Assembly (NCBI GenBank): GCA_023487865.1 | Contig: JAMDBG010000088.1 | Coordinates: 1 to 56,200 of the forward strand | Direction of reading: 5' to 3' | Source: Deltaproteobacteria bacterium | GTDB lineage: Bacteria > Desulfobacterota > Syntrophia > Syntrophales > UBA5619 | Length of the DNA stretch: 56,200 bases | Shown: positions 19,084 through 28,669 of the stretch, one piece after another | Position numbering within the stretch: position 1 is the first letter of the stretch | Layout of the letters: each line of letters begins with the position of its first letter | Notes under the pieces: generated by a model | Database searches by the model: none | Told to the model about the DNA's origin: nothing | Seen by the model: only the letters and a program-made list of their open reading frames with translations | Translations under genes and position numbers: made by a program

Positions 19084-19114
19084 AATAAAAAAGGCCGTGA
19101 ATGAAACCACGGCC
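19084..19114 (-). terminator. intrinsic terminator hairpin T2 (in operon leader)
   Basis: Minus strand GGCCGTG-GTTTCATT-CACGGCC followed by TTTTTTATT. The U-tract abuts the RBS of the binding-protein gene. Confidence 0.6.
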
Positions 19115-19118
19115 TCCA

Positions 19119-19158
19119 CAAAAGAAAAGCCGTGGGCGGCATAAGGTCTGCCCACGGC
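19119..19158 (-). terminator. intrinsic terminator hairpin T1 (in operon leader)
   Basis: Minus strand GCCGTGGGC-AGACCTTATGCC-GCCCACGGC followed by TTTTCTTTTG. Confidence 0.6.
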
Positions 19159-19176
19159 CGACGTTCCTGAAAGGTT

Positions 19177-19272
19177 TTACAGACGCGGCGGGCAGACCCC
19201 AATAAAGAAGCTATTAAAGCCGATAAAAAAGCACCGCCGAATGTCTTTCATTATCTGTTTACATTCTGACAT
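19177..19272 (-). CDS. candidate Phe-rich leader peptide (31 aa; 33 aa if ATG 19278 is used)
   Basis: My translation is MSECKQIMKDIRRCFFIGFNSFFIGVCPPRL followed by a stop. GGGAG lies 6 nt upstream of ATG 19272. Five Phe codons fall within nine codons. The 3' end of the ORF overlaps the putative antiterminator arm. Confidence 0.3.
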   Translation of the reverse strand: MSECKQIMKDIRRCFFIGFNSFFIGVCPPRL

Positions 19273-19289
19273 CTGCATCTCCCGTGACG

Positions 19290-19318
19290 CGTATAAAACA
19301 GGCCGTAACTAATGTCAA
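19290..19318 (-). promoter_or_regulatory. sigma70-like promoter candidate for the ABC operon leader
   Basis: Minus strand TTGACA (19318-19313), 17-nt spacer, TATACG (19295-19290). Confidence 0.35.
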
Positions 19319-19339
19319 GGAAAAAATGATCAAATATGT

Positions 19340-20710
19340 TCATCGGGAGCCGATTCCCAGTTTCTCAGTCCGGTAATGCAGCGAATCGTAGCTGATCTTA
19401 AGCAGCTGGGAGGCTCGAGTCTTGGATCCTTGTGCCTTCAGCATGGCTTTTTCAATTAGGGTTTTTTCAAATTTTTCAAGTTCTTCATTCAGGTCGATGC
19501 CGGTATCCGGGAGTTCGGACAGGACGTCCCTCTCTTTTTTTGATACCTCTTGTGACAAAATAAGATTTTCGGGAAGGATAATATTTGACGTCTCTAAGGC
19601 AACACTACGTTCGATGATGTTTTCCAGCTCACGGATATTTCCCGGAAAGGGGTATTGCATCAGCAATTCTAAGGCATATGCCGATATCGTCTTGATTTCC
19701 TTTTCAAATTCATGAGAGTACTTTTCGATGAAGTGTTTGGTCAAGGTAGGAATATCCTCTTTCCTTTCCCTGAGGGGAGGCAGATGGAGAGGGATGACGT
19801 TCAGACGGTAGTAGAGGTCTTCCCGGAACAAGCCCGATTTTACATTATCAGCCAGATTCTTATTTGTTGCCGAGATAATGCGGACGTCAACATGAATGTC
19901 TTCTGCGTCTCCGATACGACGGAATGTTTTTTCTTGGACAACCCTTAAGAGTTTGACTTGAAGAAGCGGGGGGAGCTCACCAATCTCATCAAGGAATACA
20001 CTCCCTCCGCGAGCAGCTTCAAACAGTCCGGCTTTGTCGGTGTAAGCTCCGGTAAAAGATCCTTTGATGTAACCGAACAGCTCGCTTTCGAGGAGATTCT
20101 CCGGAATACCGCCGCAGTTGATCACCACAAAAGGCATCTGTCTGCGGGAACTGTTTTCATGAATCGCTCGGGCGACAAGTTCCTTGCCTGTTCCGCTCTC
20201 TCCTAAAATCAGGACGTTTGCCGGGGTATCGGCCACTTTTTTGATTGTCGCATAGAGCTTGACCATCTCCCGACTGTTGCCGATCATTTTTCCGAAACCT
20301 GCTGTCTGGCCCACCTCTTTGAGAAAAAGTGCATCGTCACGCTTTACGCCTTTTTTGGTCAGGGCATTGCGGATGATTGTCTTGAGATCCTCGATTGCAA
20401 AATCCTTTTCGATGTAATCGTAAGCCCCTTCGTTCATGGCGGTTACTGCCGTATCTCCGCAGGCGTATGCCGTAATCAGAATAACCGTGGTTTCCGGAGA
20501 AAGATCTTTGACCTCGCGGAGAAAAGCGATTCCGTCCATCTTCGGCATTTTGAGGTCTGTAATGATCAGATCGAAATTTTCCTTCCGGCATCGGGCGAGG
20601 GCTTTCCCCCCATCGCCGGCCGTGCTGACTTTGTATCCTTCTTCCGTCAGCATAATCTCCAGTAGTTCTCTCATCCCCTGGTCGTCATCCACCACAAGGA
20701 TTTTTACCAT
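19340..20710 (-). CDS. sigma54-dependent response regulator (NtrC/PilR family)
   Basis: Receiver domain KILVVDDD...ITDLKMPKMDG, AAA+ domain GESGTGKE, ESELFGY.KGSFTGA, and a C-terminal Fis-type HTH. ATG 20710 has GGGAGG 6 nt upstream; the track start at 20716 is a TTG. Confidence 0.9.
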   Translation of the reverse strand: MVKILVVDDDQGMRELLEIMLTEEGYKVSTAGDGGKALARCRKENFDLIITDLKMPKMDGIAFLREVKDLSPETTVILITAYACGDTAVTAMNEGAYDYIEKDFAIEDLKTIIRNALTKKGVKRDDALFLKEVGQTAGFGKMIGNSREMVKLYATIKKVADTPANVLILGESGTGKELVARAIHENSSRRQMPFVVINCGGIPENLLESELFGYIKGSFTGAYTDKAGLFEAARGGSVFLDEIGELPPLLQVKLLRVVQEKTFRRIGDAEDIHVDVRIISATNKNLADNVKSGLFREDLYYRLNVIPLHLPPLRERKEDIPTLTKHFIEKYSHEFEKEIKTISAYALELLMQYPFPGNIRELENIIERSVALETSNIILPENLILSQEVSKKERDVLSELPDTGIDLNEELEKFEKTLIEKAMLKAQGSKTRASQLLKISYDSLHYRTEKLGIGSR

Positions 20711-20748
20711 ATGCAACCTCCCTAACTCCTTTAAAACCGCTGCAAATT

Positions 20749-22425
20749 CTATGTATCAATTGCCGGGAGCCATATGGTGAATCGTGTCCCCTTTCCCGAT
20801 TCGCTTTGCATATGAATCTTGCCCCCATAAGCTTCCGTGATCCGGCTGACTACTGCTAAACCAAGTCCTGTTCCGGTTTCCCGGGTTGTATAAAAAGGTT
20901 CGAAGATTTTTTCAAAATCCTGCATTCTGATACCGACACCTGTATCGCCTATGTTAATTTCTATACCTTCTCTTGCTCCGTACCGGGCCAGATGTCCTTC
21001 AATCTTCAGCAATCCGCCCTCCGGCATGGCCTGAACCGCGTTGAGAATCAGATTCCACAGAGCCTGCCTGATCTCCATTTTATTGGCTCTGATATTGAGA
21101 GGTTCATCGGTTAAAGACATAACGAGATCCAGCCGATCGTTCCAGTCGGCAACGCAACGCAATGATTCTATGACTTCCCGGATGGTTTCCCTGATGTCGA
21201 GTAACTCACGGATGCCGGGAGCCGGTCTGGCAATCAAAAGAAAATCCTTCAGGAAGCTCTCCAGCTGATCCTTTCCACGAAGGATAATCTGCATTAATCT
21301 CGCATTGGTTTCATTACTTGCAAAGTCACCTCGTAGCATCTGAATCGAGCCACCGATGGAGGCCAGCGGATTCCGGATCTCATGTGCAAGACCTGCTGCC
21401 ATCTCGCCGATGAAGGCAAGTCTTCGGCTTTTTTCCAATGACTCTTTCATTTCATTGATGGTCGTCAGATCCTGAAACACGATGATGTTTCCGATCATTA
21501 CACCAGAGGGATCCCTTAGCGGTGAAACAGAGCCGCCGAGAATCAGTCTTTTCATTTCAGAGGTTATAAAGGCTGTTTCAAAGCGGGTTTTTGTCAGCGA
21601 TCTTTGCCCATTTTCATCAAATTTGCTTTGCAGAGGGGGAGGATATATAAAAAAATCTGATAATTTACGATTTTCTATTTCACGAAAAGACAGACCGGTA
21701 ATTTCGGTGGCGGCTCGATTGAATGATTTTATCTGCCCGTTAAGGTTAACGGTCAGAATGCCCGTATCCACGGACTCAATGATACTCTGATGGAGAAGAC
21801 CGAGCTGTTCAAAGGCTCCCTGTTTTTCCGCAAGAAGGGTCCTGGTTTTCCTCTCTTGCTCGACGACGAAACTCGCTAGAAAGGCGATGAGATAGAAGGA
21901 AAGGATATGGGTAATGATCCTGGTAAACACATAACCGGCATTTAGCGGATAATCCGATAGGTGATCAGCAAAGAAAGGGTATATCATCCCGTAGAATTCC
22001 AGATCAGCAAAACAACCGTAAAAAATACCTGCAATCGAGGCGATGATAAAACCACCCTTTCTTGCCAGAAAAATGACTGAGTAAATGACAACAAGGGGAT
22101 AGAAAACAGAATAGATGCTGCGGACGCCTCCGGTGGCATACACCATCGCTGTAACCAATGCGATATCACAGATGCTCTGAATGTATATATTCGTAATGAT
22201 ATTCGGGAGGTATTTCGGAAGCAAAAGGTAAATTATGGAAAGGATATATGTCAGAAGAATCGTGTTAAATAGGATGGAAACGGATATTGCCGACTGTGAC
22301 TCCAGCTTCATGATTTCTATGAATGTGGCCAACCCCAGGAGAAAAGTGACGATCATCACCCTCGCCAACATCAGCCAACGAAAGGGTGATGTCAGGTATT
22401 CAGGGTATTTTGAATTATCGGCCAT
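20749..22425 (-). CDS. sensor histidine kinase, PilS-like architecture (polytopic N-terminus, PAS, HisKA, HATPase)
   Basis: About 190 aa of hydrophobic helices, a PAS-like region, H-box EMAAGLAHEIRNPL, N-box NLILNAVQAM, and G-boxes GDTGVGI and GTGLGLAVV. Confidence 0.85.
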   Translation of the reverse strand: MADNSKYPEYLTSPFRWLMLARVMIVTFLLGLATFIEIMKLESQSAISVSILFNTILLTYILSIIYLLLPKYLPNIITNIYIQSICDIALVTAMVYATGGVRSIYSVFYPLVVIYSVIFLARKGGFIIASIAGIFYGCFADLEFYGMIYPFFADHLSDYPLNAGYVFTRIITHILSFYLIAFLASFVVEQERKTRTLLAEKQGAFEQLGLLHQSIIESVDTGILTVNLNGQIKSFNRAATEITGLSFREIENRKLSDFFIYPPPLQSKFDENGQRSLTKTRFETAFITSEMKRLILGGSVSPLRDPSGVMIGNIIVFQDLTTINEMKESLEKSRRLAFIGEMAAGLAHEIRNPLASIGGSIQMLRGDFASNETNARLMQIILRGKDQLESFLKDFLLIARPAPGIRELLDIRETIREVIESLRCVADWNDRLDLVMSLTDEPLNIRANKMEIRQALWNLILNAVQAMPEGGLLKIEGHLARYGAREGIEINIGDTGVGIRMQDFEKIFEPFYTTRETGTGLGLAVVSRITEAYGGKIHMQSESGKGTRFTIWLPAIDT

Positions 22426-22631
22426 TTTGTTCTCGATTCACACTATTCTTCATATGCTGAATCCGCCACATTGTATTTATGCTATGCGTAAGCTACTTTC
22501 ACTCGCAGAAAAAGTCAACACGGTTGCGGCCTCATCCAAAATTTGCTGATATCAAACCGATGAGCGAATGGTTCAATTTTATCATGGTGAAACATGATAT
22601 GAGGGGTAAGAAAAATCGAACAGTTGTGATG

Positions 22632-22660
22632 TTGACAGATATCCTAATTATTTTTATACA
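22632..22660 (+). promoter_or_regulatory. sigma70-like promoter candidate for comEC
   Basis: TTGACA (22632-22637), 17-nt spacer, TATACA (22655-22660), about 50 nt upstream of the ATG. Confidence 0.35.
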
Positions 22661-22712
22661 GCATCACATAGCTGTCTATAAATCCGTGCTGTATGTGAAA
22701 CGTTGGTAGAGC

Positions 22713-25268
22713 ATGTCCAGACCGATTATCCCTTTATTAATAGCCTTCATAGCGGGTATTTTCTTCAGCTATCTCTTTAAAATACCCGCCCTGCTTATTC
22801 AAGTCACTCTGACCGCAACACTGTCTTTTATTCTCGTGACCCTGATGAAATCGAAACGGTTTTTTTATCCTGCTCTTCTTTTTTCATTATTCTTACTGGG
22901 TATCATGGAGATGAATATGTATCTCCACCCTCATATCAATAAAAGCCACATCAATCATTATATCGGATCTGAAAAAGTTAAAGTCGAAGGTGTCATATGC
23001 GAGAATCCTCAAGTATCACCCGAAAAAACTGAACTGGTTGTTTGTGTCAACAGAATACTTAACAACGGGCAATATACCCCTGTCTGGGGGCGTGTGCTCC
23101 TTAATGTCCGGGAGCCTTATACCTTCCATTATGGAGACTCCATCCGTTTTCATTCGAGACTGAGGGCTCCCCGTAACTTCGCCAATCCCGGCGGTTTTGA
23201 TTATGAAAGATATCTTCGTTTCCGGGGGATACTGGTTCGTGGGTTTATAAATGAAACGGCAGGAATTGTTGTTCTCCGCAGGGAAATAGGGAATCCGCTT
23301 CGTATTTGGTTGGAGCGGTTCCGTGAATTCATTCGAAAAACTATCCGGGACACAGCACCCGGAACAGAAGGAAAGATAATCCAGGCGATGATCCTCGGTG
23401 ATCAAAAAGAAATACCGAAGGAGGACAGGGAGAAATTTAACCGGACAGGTACCACACACATCATCGCTATCTCCGGATTCAACATCGGTATTGTGGCTCT
23501 ATTTTCTTTCTTCGTGATTCGCCTACTCCTGAAATCTTCAGAGTATCTCTTGCTGCGATGGAACATGGTTCTGATCTCGACACTTTTTGCGATTATTCTC
23601 GTTATTCTCTATACATTCATCGCAGGGTCAGGAATTTCCGTTATCCGGGCATCCGTCATGGTGGTGCTATTCATGGTGGCTATTATGGCCAATCGTGAAC
23701 GAGATCTGTACAATATCCTATCCTTAGCCGCTTTTTTCATCCTGATTGTCAATCCTTACTCTCTTTTTGACATCTCTTTCCAACTCTCCTTTGTTGCTGT
23801 GATATCGCTCCTTTTTCTGACACCCAGACTGGTGAATCTCCTCCCTTCATCTCTTATTACATCGGACTCCCCAGGTTTGACTCGAAAGGAATGGCTTCTC
23901 AAGCATCTTAAGAAAATCCTGCGCACCATGGTCCTGTTTTTCTTTGCCTCTCTCAGTGCCACGCTCGGCACACTTCCACTGATACTTTTCTATTTCAATC
24001 GGTTGTCACTCGTGACCCTTATCGCAAACTTTCTTGTCGTTCCTATTCTTGGTGTGATGGCCATCCCTTTGTGTCTGCTCATCGTTTTTACCGCGCCGAT
24101 TTCACACTATCTAACCGAAATCATCCTTTATATCTCCATGGTTCTTGTAAAAATATCCCTTTTTCTCATAGAAAGACTGGCGTCATTGCCCTGGTCGTCG
24201 GTCTTTGTCTCCACACCCACACCTCTGGAAATCGTTGTCTTTTATCTTCTTCTGATCTCGGCAGGTTTCTTGTTGGATCAGTTGAGGGGCAAAGCCAGAA
24301 TGATAGAATTGAATAGAACAGCCTTGCTTTTCAGAGCTATTCCGGTCTTTCTCATCCTTTTTTTCATAGTTGACGGAATTTGGATCCATTTAAAGGGAGT
24401 TCATACGGGAAAACTTAGTCTCACGGCTGTGGATGTGGGTCAAGGAAGCTCCATTCTGGTCCGACTTCCCGGCGGAAAGAGGATACTTGTGGACGGGGGC
24501 GGTTTTTTTGATGAGACCTTTGACGTCGGGAAATATGTATTGGCGCCGTTTCTCTGGTATGAAAGGATCAGCAGCATCGATATCGTTGTCTTGACTCATG
24601 CCCATCCAGACCATCTTCGAGGTCTGCTATTTGTCCTCGAAAATTTTCATGTAGGCGAAGTGTGGACGAACGGAGAAGGATCAGATTCGCCTGTCTATCT
24701 CTCATTCCTTCGGATCATCCGGGATCGGGGGATTGTTCTGAGAACCATATCGGATTTGACTCCTGAGATAAATATCTCCGGAGTCAAAATCCGTATCTTG
24801 AATCCTCAAATACCTTCAACTTCCCGCCCTAGCATAGCCACTTCACTAAAGGACACGCCTGTACCACTCAAGAGGTCATACATCCCTTCCGATCCAATCA
24901 ATGAGCGTTCTGTTGTGATGAAATTCTCCTTCGGCAGTCGGACCTTTCTCCTGCCGGGTGATATCATGGAAACCTCAGAAATGCGCTTAGTCGACTCTCC
25001 TGTCGATCTGACAAGTGATGTGCTTTTTGTACCTCACCATGGCGCTTCTCGTTCCAGTACAATTCCTTTCCTCGAAAAGGTCAGACCGCAGATTGCCGTC
25101 ATCAGTTGTGGCTTCGATAATGTCTTTCGCTTTCCGCATCCGGAGACCCTGGGAAGGTATGAGCGCCTTCAGTCCCGTATCTATCGGACCGACCTGAATG
25201 GTGCTGTAACTATTGTAACAAACGGAAATGACCTCCAAAGCAGTGTTTTCCGACCCGGCAATTCCTGA
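22713..25268 (+). CDS. comEC: DNA internalization-related competence protein ComEC/Rec2
   Basis: 851-aa ORF. Has an N-terminal OB/DUF4131-like region, a polytopic competence domain (GTTHIIAISGFNIG), and a C-terminal metallo-beta-lactamase domain (VLTHAHPDHLRGL). Confidence 0.85.
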   Translation: MSRPIIPLLIAFIAGIFFSYLFKIPALLIQVTLTATLSFILVTLMKSKRFFYPALLFSLFLLGIMEMNMYLHPHINKSHINHYIGSEKVKVEGVICENPQVSPEKTELVVCVNRILNNGQYTPVWGRVLLNVREPYTFHYGDSIRFHSRLRAPRNFANPGGFDYERYLRFRGILVRGFINETAGIVVLRREIGNPLRIWLERFREFIRKTIRDTAPGTEGKIIQAMILGDQKEIPKEDREKFNRTGTTHIIAISGFNIGIVALFSFFVIRLLLKSSEYLLLRWNMVLISTLFAIILVILYTFIAGSGISVIRASVMVVLFMVAIMANRERDLYNILSLAAFFILIVNPYSLFDISFQLSFVAVISLLFLTPRLVNLLPSSLITSDSPGLTRKEWLLKHLKKILRTMVLFFFASLSATLGTLPLILFYFNRLSLVTLIANFLVVPILGVMAIPLCLLIVFTAPISHYLTEIILYISMVLVKISLFLIERLASLPWSSVFVSTPTPLEIVVFYLLLISAGFLLDQLRGKARMIELNRTALLFRAIPVFLILFFIVDGIWIHLKGVHTGKLSLTAVDVGQGSSILVRLPGGKRILVDGGGFFDETFDVGKYVLAPFLWYERISSIDIVVLTHAHPDHLRGLLFVLENFHVGEVWTNGEGSDSPVYLSFLRIIRDRGIVLRTISDLTPEINISGVKIRILNPQIPSTSRPSIATSLKDTPVPLKRSYIPSDPINERSVVMKFSFGSRTFLLPGDIMETSEMRLVDSPVDLTSDVLFVPHHGASRSSTIPFLEKVRPQIAVISCGFDNVFRFPHPETLGRYERLQSRIYRTDLNGAVTIVTNGNDLQSSVFRPGNS

Positions 25269-25372
25269 TCGTATCCATTCCCTTATGACCGGTCATTTCT
25301 GTTGCGTTTGTCGGATCGATATGCTATTAGAATCCCCCTTAAATGGTATTCAGCTTCGGAGAGGTTTGACTA

Positions 25373-26632
25373 ATGGAGATCATCACCGCCGTCAAGGGTT
25401 TCAAGGACATTCTCCCCCCCGAGACAGACAAGTGGCGGCATATCGAAAATACGGCCTATAATGTTTTTCGTACTTTTGGATTCAGTGAGATCTGTATTCC
25501 CCTTATAGAAAAAACCGAACTTTTTCGACGGGGAATAGGTGAATCCACAGATATCGTCGAAAAAGAGATGTACACATTCCTCGACCGGGGCGAAGAGTCA
25601 CTGACACTCCGTCCGGAAGCCACTGCTTCGGTCATTCGCGCCTATCTGGAGCACACACTCCATGCAGTCGAATCCGTAACAAGGCTCTTTACCATCGGTC
25701 CGATGTTCAGGAGGGAAAGGCCACAAAAGGGCCGCTACCGCCAATTCTATCAGATTGACGTCGAAATTCTCGGTCCGGATGATCCACGCACCGATGCCGA
25801 ACTTATCCTGATGCTGATGCATTTTCTCGACCGCCTCGGGTTGAAAAACCTCACTCTGGAAATCAATTCCCTCGGTTGTGATGAATGCCGCCCCACTTTC
25901 AGGGAGGCCATCGTCCAATTTCTCCGCGGCACAGAAAAGGAACTCTGCGAAGACTGCCGGCGTCGGATTGGAACGAATCCGCTACGCGTTTTCGACTGCA
26001 AAGTGGAAAAATGCGGGGAGATCATCTCGCAGGCCCCCCGCTTGATGGATTTTGTCTGTGTGGACTGTCGGGAACATTTTACACAGGTCGAGGATCGTCT
26101 AACCCTCTTTGCGATTCCTTATACTGTGAACGCAAAAATGGTGCGCGGACTCGACTATTATACAAGAACGACATTTGAAGTAAAAACGGAATCCCTTGGC
26201 GCACAGAATGCCATACTGGGTGGCGGACGATACGATCATCTCGTCCGGGATCTTGGCGGGCCGGATATTTCCGGTATCGGTTTTGCCATCGGCATGGAAC
26301 GTCTGGCAGCCCTGATCCCGGATAAGGAAAAGAATCCAGCGGACAGTCCTTTCCTCTTCATCGCTGCCATTGGCGACAAAGCTGTTGATAAGGCTTTTTT
26401 CCTGTCCAACCGCCTGCGGATGAGGGGAATTCGCGTAGAGACGGACTATTCCGGCAGGAGTCTGAAAAGTCAGATGAAGAGGGCGGACAAACTGAAAAGT
26501 AGCTTTGTTCTGATTATCGGTGAAAGGGAGGTTTCGGAGAACCGGGCTCTCTTCAGGAATATGCATACCAGCAGCCAGGAAGAGATCGGACTTGATAAGC
26601 TTGAAGAAACCATCATGAAGATAGCGAGGTAA
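25373..26632 (+). CDS. hisS: histidine--tRNA ligase
   Basis: 419-aa ORF with GFKDILP, motif 2 MFRRERPQKGRYRQFYQ, the HisRS block GGGRYD, and a C-terminal anticodon-binding domain. Confidence 0.95.
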   Translation: MEIITAVKGFKDILPPETDKWRHIENTAYNVFRTFGFSEICIPLIEKTELFRRGIGESTDIVEKEMYTFLDRGEESLTLRPEATASVIRAYLEHTLHAVESVTRLFTIGPMFRRERPQKGRYRQFYQIDVEILGPDDPRTDAELILMLMHFLDRLGLKNLTLEINSLGCDECRPTFREAIVQFLRGTEKELCEDCRRRIGTNPLRVFDCKVEKCGEIISQAPRLMDFVCVDCREHFTQVEDRLTLFAIPYTVNAKMVRGLDYYTRTTFEVKTESLGAQNAILGGGRYDHLVRDLGGPDISGIGFAIGMERLAALIPDKEKNPADSPFLFIAAIGDKAVDKAFFLSNRLRMRGIRVETDYSGRSLKSQMKRADKLKSSFVLIIGEREVSENRALFRNMHTSSQEEIGLDKLEETIMKIAR

Positions 26633-26638
26633 GAAGTA

Positions 26639-28417
26639 TTGTCTGACTTTTTGAGGATTTTAAAAAGAACCCATTACTGCGGCGACCTGAATGCCACCCA
26701 TGTCGGTGAAGAGGTGATCCTGATGGGATGGGCCCACCGGCGAAGAGATCATGGCGGAGTGATCTTTATCGATCTCAGAGACCGGGAAGGACTTGTGCAG
26801 GTCGTGTTCAATCCGGAAATCAGCCTCGCTTGCCATAGCGAGGCTGGACGAATCAGGTCTGAATTTGTCCTTGCGATAAAGGGTCTTGTTCGAAAGCGGC
26901 CGGAAGGGATGGAGAATCCAGATCTGAAAACCGGAGCGATTGAAGTTATGGCCAGTGATCTTGAGATCCTCAATGAATCGAAGACCCCCCCTTTTCTTCT
27001 CGACAATACGGCTGAAATCTCAGAAAACGTGCGACTCAAGTATCGCTATCTCGATCTCAGGCGTCCCGAAATCCAGAAAAACCTCATCCTGAGAAGCCGT
27101 GTCGCTGCTGCTGCTCGGGAGTTTTTCTACCAGGAAGGGTTCATCGAAGTAGAGACCCCGTTCCTGACAAAGAGTACCCCGGAAGGTGCCCGCGATTATC
27201 TGGTTCCCAGCCGCGTCAACCAGGGGATGTTTTATGCCCTGCCCCAGTCGCCGCAGATCTTCAAGCAGTTGCTGATGGTTTCAGGTTTCGATCGTTATTA
27301 TCAGATCGTCAAGTGCTTCCGGGACGAAGACCTCCGGGCCGACCGGCAGCCTGAGTTTACCCAGATCGATGTGGAGATGTCCTTCATTACTCAAGAGGAT
27401 ATCATAAAGATCATGGAGAGGATGATGGCCCACCTCTTTTCGGTCTGCCTTGGGAAAGAGCTGTCCCTCCCCTTCCCCCGGATTTCCTATGTGGAGGCGA
27501 TAAACCGCTTCGGTAAAGACAGTCCCGATATGCGCTTTGGTCTGGAAATTCACGACCTAACGGATATCTTGATGAATTCGGGATTCAAGCTCTTCGCGGA
27601 GATCGTTTCCGGCGGCGGCGTAATCAAGGCTATCTCTATAGAAAACGGAACCTCTCTCTCCCGCAAGGATCTGGACGAGCTCAGGGATTATGTCGCTCAG
27701 TACGGGGCAAAGGGTCTGGCCTGGGCAAGGATTACCCCGGAAGGCTGGACTTCACCGATTTTTAAATTCCTTACGCCGGATGAGGTAGCAGCCATCAATA
27801 AAAAAATGGATGCTCGCGAAGGCGCTGTTCTCCTGTTTGTAGCCGATTCACCGAACGTCGCCCGAGACGCCCTGGGCAATCTGCGGATCCACTTGGCGAA
27901 GAAGCTGATGCTGATTGATCCCGAGAAGCTGGCATTTACGTGGGTGACCGAATTTCCCCTTTTTGATTACAGCGAAACAGAAAAGCGGTTTGTCTCCACA
28001 CACCACCCTTTCACATCTCCGGTCCCGGAAGAGATTCCCCTAATCGAAACGGATCCGGATAAAGTCCATGCCCAGGCCTATGATCTGGTCCTCAATGGAT
28101 CAGAGGTCGGTGGAGGCAGCATCCGGATCCACAGGAAAGAGGTTCAGAAGCTGATTTTCAAGGCCCTTGGCCTGAGCGACGACGAGGCGAAAAACAAATT
28201 CGGGTTTCTCCTCGATGCCCTTGAATACGGGACTCCTCCCCACGGGGGGATTGCCTTCGGTCTTGACCGGCTGGTCATGCTGATGACAGGAGCGGAGTCT
28301 ATTCGGGATGTGATTGCCTTCCCCAAAACCCAGAAGGCCACCTGCATGCTCACGGATGCTCCGTCTCAGGTTAGTGTGGAACAGCTTATGGAACTTTCGC
28401 TGAAGATCGTGATCTGA
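26639..28417 (+). CDS. aspS: aspartate--tRNA ligase
   Basis: 592-aa ORF (TTG start) with an OB-fold N-terminus (RTHYCGDL), [26 protein letters not shown] and GIAFGLDRL. Confidence 0.95.
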   Translation: MSDFLRILKRTHYCGDLNATHVGEEVILMGWAHRRRDHGGVIFIDLRDREGLVQVVFNPEISLACHSEAGRIRSEFVLAIKGLVRKRPEGMENPDLKTGAIEVMASDLEILNESKTPPFLLDNTAEISENVRLKYRYLDLRRPEIQKNLILRSRVAAAAREFFYQEGFIEVETPFLTKSTPEGARDYLVPSRVNQGMFYALPQSPQIFKQLLMVSGFDRYYQIVKCFRDEDLRADRQPEFTQIDVEMSFITQEDIIKIMERMMAHLFSVCLGKELSLPFPRISYVEAINRFGKDSPDMRFGLEIHDLTDILMNSGFKLFAEIVSGGGVIKAISIENGTSLSRKDLDELRDYVAQYGAKGLAWARITPEGWTSPIFKFLTPDEVAAINKKMDAREGAVLLFVADSPNVARDALGNLRIHLAKKLMLIDPEKLAFTWVTEFPLFDYSETEKRFVSTHHPFTSPVPEEIPLIETDPDKVHAQAYDLVLNGSEVGGGSIRIHRKEVQKLIFKALGLSDDEAKNKFGFLLDALEYGTPPHGGIAFGLDRLVMLMTGAESIRDVIAFPKTQKATCMLTDAPSQVSVEQLMELSLKIVI

Positions 28418-28426
28418 TCTTTTTTA

Positions 28427-28455
28427 TTGACAAAGCACCACGATATGCCTATTCT
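28427..28455 (+). promoter_or_regulatory. sigma70-like promoter candidate, 10 nt after the aspS stop
   Basis: TTGACA (28427-28432), 17-nt spacer, TATTCT (28450-28455). Confidence 0.45.
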
Positions 28456-28634
28456 CCTAACATGCAGAGAATATCGATCGCCAAGCCGTTAAGATTAACC
28501 GATTATAGTGACCATATGACGATCATTGGAGAAAATAATAAGAACAGACAACGTGCATGCGCGACCGCCCGCGGGGCGTTGCCATCGCGCACCGTTTTGA
28601 TATCCGGATGAAAGCATCCGGGATCGGGGCAGCG
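28456..28634 (+). promoter_or_regulatory. structured leader or candidate small RNA upstream of the citrate-synthase-like gene
   Basis: Hairpins TGCGCGA...TCGCGCA (28558-28591, enclosing CGCCC-GCG-GGGCG) and TCCGGATG-AAAG-CATCCGG (28603-28621). Bounded by the promoter-like element on one side and a strong terminator on the other. Confidence 0.4.
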
Positions 28635-28669
28635 AGGGCACGATTTATTTATGTGCCCTTTTTTTATTT
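28635..28669 (+). terminator. intrinsic terminator 43 nt upstream of the next start codon
   Basis: AGGGCAC (28635-28641), 11-nt loop, GTGCCCT (28653-28659), running into TTTTTTTATTT. Confidence 0.7.

Noticed and set aside
19069-19155. Track ORF start at 19155 for the binding protein, adding 29 N-terminal residues.
   Set aside because: The extension would be translated from the two terminator hairpins and precedes a textbook signal peptide. That signal peptide starts at ATG 19068, which has a strong RBS.
22426-22712. Small ORFs (104 aa and 76 aa) in the kinase/comEC divergent region.
   Set aside because: They have no RBS and an odd composition, and they overlap the promoter-like elements. 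Most likely this is a non-coding regulatory spacer.
28456-28669. Leader upstream of the leuA-family gene as a T-box, or as a purine, ZTP or c-di-GMP-I riboswitch.
   Set aside because: There is no GGTGGNACCGCG-type T-box sequence ahead of the terminator, and no match by eye to the conserved cores of the other classes. It is kept as an unclassified leader instead.
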